Below, in pieces: positions 46,493 through 53,155 of a stretch of DNA of 53,155 nt (its first letter is position 1; each line of letters opens with the position of its first letter). The position numbers were made by a program, and so were the translations under genes. The notes under the pieces are model-generated. The model saw only the letters and a list, made by a program, of their open reading frames with translations. It had not been told where the DNA came from and ran no database searches. The stretch comes from Candidatus Thorarchaeota archaeon (GTDB lineage Archaea > Asgardarchaeota > Thorarchaeia > Thorarchaeales > Thorarchaeaceae), in assembly GCA_029858305.1 (NCBI GenBank), contig JAOUFI010000010.1, positions 1-53,155 on the forward strand. The letters are read 5' to 3'.

Positions 46493-46771
46493 ATGCCAAG
46501 AATGTACTACGCACCAGGAATAATATGTGAGATTTGCAGTGAGGAAAATAGACAGCTCGTATCGTGTAAGATGTGTGGAGCATTTGTATGTACTGATTGC
46601 ATGAATCACGATGAGATATGCTTGAATTGTAGTGAGGCTAGATGCTACATCTGTCAAGATTACTTGGCTGCGCGAGCATGTAATATCTGTGGAAGACTCG
46701 TCTGTGAGGACCATGGAACGAAAGTGGATGAGTCTACAATCTGCGATAATTGTCGGAAGAGAGAGGCATGA
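46493..46771 (+). CDS. Cys-rich multi-zinc-finger protein
   Basis: Eight CxxC/CxxH pairs in about 90 aa; ATGA overlap with tiaS. Confidence 0.7.
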   Translation: MPRMYYAPGIICEICSEENRQLVSCKMCGAFVCTDCMNHDEICLNCSEARCYICQDYLAARACNICGRLVCEDHGTKVDESTICDNCRKREA

Positions 46772-48102
46772 GCAATAGGGAAATCCACATTGGTCTTGAC
46801 GACATTGACAGCCCAAAGGGCGGCTGTACAACACACTTTGCAAGCCTGCTAGTAGAACATCTCACAAAACAGTCCGTGGATTGGAAAGATTACCCTCGAT
46901 TGATTCGGCTCAATCCAGGGATTCCATTCAGAACCCGTGGTAATGGAGCTGTCGCACTTCAGTTTCTCTTTGACACCAGCTTGGTTGAAGATTTGATGGG
47001 CCGAATGGTGCAGATGGTTCACAAATACGTAGACGAAACTTACCCCAACACAAATCCCGGTATTGTTGTTATTGTTGAAGAGATACCAGAGAGTGTAAGG
47101 GCACTCTCACAGCAAGCACTATGGCGGACAGTTCCAATAGATCTAGCGTGCAGACTAGTGAAAAGAAATAACATTATTCACTTCGGAGGTGGTAATGGAA
47201 GGGGATTGATTGGCGCTTTGTCAGCAGTTGGGAACGCTCTTGAGGGGGACCATACCTACGAATTCATTGCATATCGAGGAATAAACCAGTGTGATCAGAA
47301 AAGAGGTGTGGATCCAGAGTCTGTACAAGAGATGGTTGATAGAATGGGAAATAGGATATTTTCGAATATCGACATAACAGATGGGAGGATTCTGATTGAA
47401 CCACATGGTCCCGATCCAGTCATCTATGGAATCAGAGGTGAAACTGCACAAGATGTCAAAAATGCAGCTGATTTCGTGAGAAGCGAACAAAATGTGGATA
47501 GATGGATGGTTTTCAGGAGTAATCAGGGAACAGGGGAGCATCTAAAGTATACCATGAAGATACGAGATTTGAGACCGTACATGGCGTCTATTGTTCATGG
47601 CTTTGTAGAGAGTCGTTCAAAGATAATTGAGGGAGGACACGTTGTATTCGGGCTCCGTGATGATAATGGGAGAATAGATTGTGCTGCTTATGAACCCACA
47701 CGAGACTTTAGAGAGATTGTCAAGGCTTTACGAATTGGTGATGAGATCAAGGTCCACGCAAATGTGAGACCTAGTTCTCGGTCACATGGGCTTACTCTAA
47801 ATATTGAGGGTCTTGAGATTCTCAATCTCACACAGGAGATTCGGTCGCTAAATCCATTCTGCCCACATTGCCTAAAGCGAATGAAGAGTGCTGGAAGTGA
47901 TAAGGGATACAAGTGTTTCAAGTGTGGTTTCAAAGACAGGACAGCAGTGAAGATTGATACACAGATAGAGAGAAGCATCAGAGAAGGATTGTACATCCCG
48001 CCACTCAGCGCACAAAGACATCTCACTCGCCCAAGTGCTAGATTCGAATCGCGAAACTCGGGAAGACCATTGAGTCTAATTAGCAAATGGCATAGTCCAT
48101 GA
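46768..48102 (+). CDS. tiaS: tRNA(Ile2) agmatinylcytidine synthase
   Basis: IGLDDIDS..GGCTT, LIRLNP.IPF.TRGNG, PHGPDPV.YGIRG, AAYEPT, zinc ribbon and RHLTRP. Confidence 0.96.
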   Translation: MSNREIHIGLDDIDSPKGGCTTHFASLLVEHLTKQSVDWKDYPRLIRLNPGIPFRTRGNGAVALQFLFDTSLVEDLMGRMVQMVHKYVDETYPNTNPGIVVIVEEIPESVRALSQQALWRTVPIDLACRLVKRNNIIHFGGGNGRGLIGALSAVGNALEGDHTYEFIAYRGINQCDQKRGVDPESVQEMVDRMGNRIFSNIDITDGRILIEPHGPDPVIYGIRGETAQDVKNAADFVRSEQNVDRWMVFRSNQGTGEHLKYTMKIRDLRPYMASIVHGFVESRSKIIEGGHVVFGLRDDNGRIDCAAYEPTRDFREIVKALRIGDEIKVHANVRPSSRSHGLTLNIEGLEILNLTQEIRSLNPFCPHCLKRMKSAGSDKGYKCFKCGFKDRTAVKIDTQIERSIREGLYIPPLSAQRHLTRPSARFESRNSGRPLSLISKWHSP

Positions 48103-48139
48103 ATGCCAGCTAAATGAGAGAAATATACGCGAAAAGAAT

Positions 48140-48541
48140 CTATACTCGTCTTCCGCGACGACCGCCAGCTTTTCTGGTTCCGTCATGAGGGACAGGGGTA
48201 ACTTCATCGATGATACCGATTCTCAGACCTGCCCTGCTCAGCGCACGAATTGCCGCTTGTGCACCAGGACCTGGAGTCTTAGGGCCAGAACCACCGGGAG
48301 CTCGTACACGGATGTGAATACCATAAACGCCCTTGTCCTTGGCTTCCCTTGCCGCTTGAAAAGCGGCTTGCATAGCAGCATGAGGTGAGGATTCGTTCCT
48401 ATCCGCCTTGACCATCATACCACCAGTATGTCGTGCCAATGTCTCTGCGCCAGTTATGTCAGTGATGGTAATTATTGTGTCATTGTATGATGCAAAGATG
48501 TGGGCTACTGCCCATTTGTCTCTCTTCTCTTCTTTACTCAA
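48140..48541 (-). CDS. rps11: 30S ribosomal protein uS11
   Basis: [22 protein letters not shown] and [12 protein letters not shown]...GRRGRRV motifs. Confidence 0.98.
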   Translation of the reverse strand: MSKEEKRDKWAVAHIFASYNDTIITITDITGAETLARHTGGMMVKADRNESSPHAAMQAAFQAAREAKDKGVYGIHIRVRAPGGSGPKTPGPGAQAAIRALSRAGLRIGIIDEVTPVPHDGTRKAGGRRGRRV

Positions 48542-49196
48542 GGTCCTCAGCTCCTATAGAATCATCATCGTTTCTCAAAGGTTCTCGTTCATCATCATCA
48601 GTGGGTATTGGTACGCGTCTTCGTGATGGACGTTCTACCTCGATTTCCTCAGGAACTGCAGTAATCCTTGTTGCTGCGTCAGATGCAGCAATTCGAGCTG
48701 GATGAGACTGGTCGTTCAAAGCAGATTTTGTAGTGTAAGTGATATGCTCTTCTTCAGAAGTGGTAATCAATCGTGCAGGTGTGGTTACGCGGCTATTGTT
48801 CAAACCAATGTGACCATGTATCACAAGTTGTCGAGCGTGATGCATGGATGCAGCAAGACCCTTTCGGAAAACAATCGTCTGTAATCTGCGCTCAAGTAGG
48901 TTTTCTAAGGTCAGGTCCAAAACGCTGTCAAGAGTCGGCTCTCCTGAGAGAATGCCAATTCTACTTAACTTGTCGACAAGCTCTTTCTCCAGATGAGCTC
49001 TTTCGGAGGGGGGTAGAGCCAATAATGTTCTTGCCTGTCTGCGATAATTGGACAGTTCTGTTCTATGCATCCATATCTCTTTTTTATTCCGTAGACCAAA
49101 GGTGCCGACCAATTGAAGTTCCTGTTCAAATCTGTCTGTATCGAATGGACGTTTCGGTGTTACGTACTTTTTCTTCTGGCTGCGTGGATCTCCCAT
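48534..49196 (-). CDS. rps4: 30S ribosomal protein uS4 with acidic tail
   Basis: MGDP....KY.TP..P, GLRNKKE, LERRLQT and ARQL..HGHI motifs. Confidence 0.97.
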   Translation of the reverse strand: MGDPRSQKKKYVTPKRPFDTDRFEQELQLVGTFGLRNKKEIWMHRTELSNYRRQARTLLALPPSERAHLEKELVDKLSRIGILSGEPTLDSVLDLTLENLLERRLQTIVFRKGLAASMHHARQLVIHGHIGLNNSRVTTPARLITTSEEEHITYTTKSALNDQSHPARIAASDAATRITAVPEEIEVERPSRRRVPIPTDDDEREPLRNDDDSIGAEDLE

Positions 49197-49209
49197 ATTT
49201 CATTCCTCT

Positions 49210-49659
49210 TTATTCTTTCTTCCTCGACACACCAACAGCCACGCCACCACGTCCAGTTGTTCTTGTGTGTTGACCTCTTACCTTAAGACCAAGCGAATGC
49301 CTTGATCCTCGCCACGACTTGATTCTGCGTAACCTGTCAATATCATTTCTATTAGCAAAGTCAAGATCCGAACCAGTCAAATGAAGCATTCTGCCGCTCA
49401 TTCTATCTCTAGGGCGGTTTACAAACCAATCAGGGAATCCTACGGCCACTGGATTCTCGAGAATGGACTCGATTTCTTCAATATTCTTATCGGTCATGAA
49501 TCCGAGCCTATCATTGGGATTCATTCCGAGATGTGCAAGAATAGTCTTAGACATTCTAAGACCAACACCTCTAATATGGGTAAGTCCCTGGATTAGGCTC
49601 TCTTGGCCATCTATATCGGAACCTCCGATACGAACAATATGCTTGTAATCTTCAGACAC
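49210..49659 (-). CDS. rps13: 30S ribosomal protein uS13
   Basis: IRGVG, P.W..NR..D and WRG.RH.LGLKVRGQHTRTTGR motifs. Confidence 0.98.
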   Translation of the reverse strand: MSEDYKHIVRIGGSDIDGQESLIQGLTHIRGVGLRMSKTILAHLGMNPNDRLGFMTDKNIEEIESILENPVAVGFPDWFVNRPRDRMSGRMLHLTGSDLDFANRNDIDRLRRIKSWRGSRHSLGLKVRGQHTRTTGRGGVAVGVSRKKE

Positions 49660-49850
49660 GGTCTATAACCTCATTCTGACTGGCTTTGGCTAGTTCGCCT
49701 CTTTTGGATTCCTTATAACCATTACCATAGAGAACTGATTTTTAAAGGTCTTTTTAGCCCTCAGCAAGTGTTCATTCTATGGGGAAATATTTGTCAACTG
49801 AACCATCCCTAACGCCTAGTAGCATATCGAGTATTCCATCTCACCTAAAA

Positions 49851-50162
49851 ATGACTCTTCTTGAGATTCTTAGTAGATATGAGGGAAAGGGAAGAAAGGG
49901 CATACTCATTTCAAGTAACAGTTTAGCGAACAAGTTCATACATCTACAATGGAACATTAGACCAACGCAGAGAAGGCAATATCGAAATCTGTTCCTCGCT
50001 GTGAGAGAGGAGTGTCGTAGTATCTTTCAGTATTATATCAATAATAGAGAGGTCATTTACCAAGAACATGGAACAGACTATAAATTCAGAGTTTACAAGT
50101 TTGATGAGGTGCGTGGCAATCTGATTCTAGGCTTTGTCTACATTGATCCCAATTCACTATGA
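49851..50162 (+). CDS. Hypothetical basic protein
   Basis: ORF divergent from rps13, with TTTTTAAAGG upstream; start at 49779 or 49851 is uncertain. Confidence 0.6.
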   Translation: MTLLEILSRYEGKGRKGILISSNSLANKFIHLQWNIRPTQRRQYRNLFLAVREECRSIFQYYINNREVIYQEHGTDYKFRVYKFDEVRGNLILGFVYIDPNSL

Positions 50163-50266
50163 GATGCAGTCCGCAAGGTTTGAAACACCGTGTCCTGCTT
50201 TATCTCGGTATACTTATTTGAGCATGAAAGATTAACAGCATATCTTTAGAAGGGTGGTGTTCCAGC

Positions 50267-51835
50267 ATGATAGTCATTCAAAGGCAGAGGGGCAGAGAAC
50301 ATTACAGCATCGGATGGCTTGCTCTTTTCCTAGTGCTTTTAGTGTCGGTTAGTTCCTTAGGGGTGTCTGAGGTTTCATTTGACACAAGGAGTTTGACAAA
50401 GACAATCACAAATAGCACTGTCACCACTACTTCGACCGATAATAGAATAGCTGTGGTCAAGCCTATTTTTACTGCGACGGCCTACTCAAATGCATTCTAT
50501 ACATTTTACTCCAGATACAGCTGGCTACCTGTGGGAGAATACATTACAACAGACCTAAATCTTTTCAACAGAACAGTGGTTGATGATTGGGGCTGGAGCA
50601 CGCAGCTTTGCTCGTGGTTTGAGAGTGATGCAGCTTACTCTCTTCATCTTGTCCTCGGAGAAACTGTGACGCTCATCAACGAAATCGATGTGGATCAAGG
50701 TGGGCTCTTTCATGATGGTGCGAGACTATATGATGTCGTAATACTTGGATTTACTGAATATGTCACAGAGAGGGAGTACCTCTATTACAAGCAATTCGTG
50801 GCGTCGGGAGGTACACTGATAATTATGGATGCCTGCACTTTTCTAGCTGAGGTTACATATTCTAATGGCTATCTAAGCCTGACCAAGGGGCATGGGTGGG
50901 AATTTAACGGAACTCATGCCTGGAAATCCGTCTTCCATAGGTGGCCTGAGAACAACACGAATTGGGTTGGTAGTAATATCTGGAAGTATTGGATTGGTAA
51001 CCATTACAATTGTATCAAAGTCAACACAACAAATGCTCTCAGCGACTTTCTCAGAACTACATTAGGTGAGAACATTTACTCTAGCTACAGGGGCCATGAA
51101 GAAAATCTTCTGCAAAATCAAACAGAAACGGATATTATCGGTTACTGGAATTTCGTCAATCCTAGTGAATGCCCTGAATATCCGGTAGCGGCTTATATGC
51201 ACAGGTATAGAGATGGAGTGGTCATACATTCAGGGATAATGGCAAGCGATGTATTGGCATCTGATGAATTCCTCAGTGTGTTCCTTGCCGCCTCTATAAG
51301 ATTTGGTCTCACCGGAGAAGTCTGTCAATGGACATACCCTGAACCTCTAGTTTCGTCAGATGATTTTGTGAAATCTACAGTAGAAATATATGAAAAGTAC
51401 GGAGGGCGGGCTTCTGAAACACTTTCTGGTTTAGCCTATTGTGACGTTAATTTCAATATAACGACAAATGTTCTCCGGGACTGCTATCAATGCAACCTTG
51501 AATCAGTGACTGGAGAAATTGTCGAACAGGTGGATACAGACCATCAAGTACTGTATGATGCCATCTTACAGGCTCGGGCAGTGAACAACACTTGTTGGCG
51601 ATTAGACATAAACACATTTCTGATTACGAATGGAAACTGCAGACTAATGATTAACGCCACATGGGAGGGAGTACACAATTCGTATATCGCTATTGAAACC
51701 ATAGAAGTACTGTATTTCACTGTTCATAACAGTTGGTGGATATCGATACTGCCCTTGGCTGTGCCTTTAGGCTCTGTGATTTGTGCGGCCATCATCATTA
51801 TCGCATACAACAAAATCAATGGGACGAGGTCCTGA
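50267..51835 (+). CDS. Secreted, C-terminally anchored surface glycoprotein (possible N,N-dimethylformamidase-beta-like domain)
   Basis: N-terminal hydrophobic signal, Thr-rich linker, many NxS/T sequons, T.TAY and EY.T...Y...FV..GG.L segments, C-terminal TM followed by a short tail. Confidence 0.6.
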   Translation: MIVIQRQRGREHYSIGWLALFLVLLVSVSSLGVSEVSFDTRSLTKTITNSTVTTTSTDNRIAVVKPIFTATAYSNAFYTFYSRYSWLPVGEYITTDLNLFNRTVVDDWGWSTQLCSWFESDAAYSLHLVLGETVTLINEIDVDQGGLFHDGARLYDVVILGFTEYVTEREYLYYKQFVASGGTLIIMDACTFLAEVTYSNGYLSLTKGHGWEFNGTHAWKSVFHRWPENNTNWVGSNIWKYWIGNHYNCIKVNTTNALSDFLRTTLGENIYSSYRGHEENLLQNQTETDIIGYWNFVNPSECPEYPVAAYMHRYRDGVVIHSGIMASDVLASDEFLSVFLAASIRFGLTGEVCQWTYPEPLVSSDDFVKSTVEIYEKYGGRASETLSGLAYCDVNFNITTNVLRDCYQCNLESVTGEIVEQVDTDHQVLYDAILQARAVNNTCWRLDINTFLITNGNCRLMINATWEGVHNSYIAIETIEVLYFTVHNSWWISILPLAVPLGSVICAAIIIIAYNKINGTRS

Positions 51836-51954
51836 AGGTCTTTCGTTTCAAACAAGCTTCGTACGTGTGATGAGAGGCGGTGAAAATTTCTCGCTAATTA
51901 GAGAAAATGTCTAAGAGAAAAGATGAAAAGGGATATCAAAAACACGACTAGTAA

Positions 51955-52105
51955 GCCTGGGTAGCCAAGCCTGGTTTACGGCGACAGCCTGGAATCGACG
52001 GTTGTCTTACCGGCCTTCGGATAGACAGCTGTTCTCCTCCGGGAGGCATGAGAGTTACTCACTTTGAGTGACTTTGCCTGAGTTCAAATCCCATCCCAGG
52101 CGCCA
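51955..52105 (+). tRNA. tRNA-Ser(GGA) with two introns (51995-52026 at 37/38; 52051-52080 at 51/52), CCA encoded
   Basis: Acceptor GCCTGGG/CCCAGGC + G + CCA; D-arm GCC..GGC; anticodon stem ACAGC/GCTGT with CT-GGA-A; long variable arm CTCC-TCCG-GGAG; T loop GTTCAAATC. Confidence 0.9.
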
Positions 52106-52200
52106 CTTCCTTTTCAGTTCTCGCCAGATAGTTTTGATGGGTACTGCACTAATCGTAGATATAATAACACCTGCAGAGGTTGATATACTGCCAACGGTGT

Positions 52201-53155
52201 CTATTTGTTCAGTGAATCAGCTAATCCAGTGTACGATACCTCGCCCACGTAGCTAATACTCATCATCTCTCGAACACGGTCCGGATCACGAGTGTGACCC
52301 AGGACCCATGCTAATTTCACAAGAGCGGCTTCTGAAGTCATATCAAAGGCACTCATTGCTCCAACATTCATTGCAGCACGGCCTACCTCGTAGATTGACA
52401 AGTCAGCTTGTCCAAAAGCACACTGCGAACTGATAACTACAAAGCAGCCTTGGTCAATCGCTTGAAGAATTCCTCCAGTGAGGGCATTCTCATCAGTGGG
52501 GATATTTCCAGATCCAAATCCTTCGACTACAATTCCATGATATCCCATATCCATGATTCTCGTTAGAGTCTGTGGAGGAATTCCTGGAAAAACTTTCAAC
52601 AAGAACACTCGGTCATCAAGGCGTGTATCGAACCTGGGAATAAGATTCATGTTTCGTTTCTTACGTCCATCATAAAGTACGATTTCTCGAGCTAAAATCC
52701 CAACGGGAGATGGGTCCACAGAGTCAAATGCGTCGTAGGAATTGACACGTACTTTCTTGGTTCGCGTGGCGCGATGAATCTCACCATTGAACACGATAAC
52801 GGTTTCACCCAGATCACCAAAGGCCGCAACCCTCATTGCATCCAACAAATTCCGTGGTCCATCACTCCAGGGTATACTCGCAGGTATCTGGGCCCCAGTA
52901 AAGACTATTGGTTTCCCAAAATCCTGAACCATGAAACTGATAGCTGCTGAAGAATATGTCATCGTATCTGTACCATGAGAAACAACAATCCCTCTTAGGT
53001 CATTTATTTCCTCACTGACTTGTTTAATGGCACCAGCAAGAGTCTGCCAGTGGTGCGGCTGAGCATTTGCAGAATCTAGTTGGTACAACTCTCTTTTGAC
53101 TACCTCAATATTACCCATTTCCTTGGGGAGCCTGTTTAGGAGCTCATCCACAGAG
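52201..53155 (-). CDS. L-asparaginase type I family protein, 5' end outside the window
   Basis: DSAN, HGTDTM, P.VFTGAQ, SDG..NL, GFGSGN, SQC and DMTSEAALVKL motifs; GatD cannot be excluded without the N-terminus. Confidence 0.85.
   Translation of the reverse strand, partial: SVDELLNRLPKEMGNIEVVKRELYQLDSANAQPHHWQTLAGAIKQVSEEINDLRGIVVSHGTDTMTYSSAAISFMVQDFGKPIVFTGAQIPASIPWSDGPRNLLDAMRVAAFGDLGETVIVFNGEIHRATRTKKVRVNSYDAFDSVDPSPVGILAREIVLYDGRKKRNMNLIPRFDTRLDDRVFLLKVFPGIPPQTLTRIMDMGYHGIVVEGFGSGNIPTDENALTGGILQAIDQGCFVVISSQCAFGQADLSIYEVGRAAMNVGAMSAFDMTSEAALVKLAWVLGHTRDPDRVREMMSISYVGEVSYTGLADSLNK

Noticed and set aside
49660-52200. Integrated element at tRNA-Ser
   Set aside because: No duplicated tRNA end and no integrase were found in the window.

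Overview
Archaeal chromosomal window, mostly core genome. The gene content (a SelB N-terminus, a stand-alone roadblock protein, Get3/TRC40 and EMC3-type insertase, HdrABC-MvhD with no methanogenesis genes in the window, an intron-rich tRNA) fits an Asgard archaeon, probably Thorarchaeia; this is inference, not a database result. It contains: the 5' end of selB; a minus-strand cluster with tRNA splicing endonuclease and several small hypothetical proteins; Get3, rpoP, aIF1, TFB, map and GGGP synthase; an hdrA-mvhD/hdrC/hdrB/hdrA cluster with mobA and hypD; the uL22-to-uL15/secY/adk/eL34/cmk/eL14/cbf5 ribosomal superoperon; RNase P RNA; tsr3; tiaS; uS13-uS4-uS11; a two-intron tRNA-Ser(GGA); and a partial asparaginase. 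The strongest oddities are: (1) a second copy of the last 18 codons of secY, differing only at synonymous sites and bracketing an AT-rich orphan membrane gene, which looks like an integration scar targeting the secY 3' end; (2) a tRNA-Ser with introns at 37/38 and 51/52, plus an endonuclease carrying a crenarchaeal-type specificity loop; (3) a 33-aa tail-anchor-like micro-ORF coupled to Get3; (4) a zinc-less eL34 resembling plant L34; (5) a multi-stem leader upstream of uL22; (6) hsp20 embedded in the spc operon. No CRISPR array, integrase or transposase was seen.
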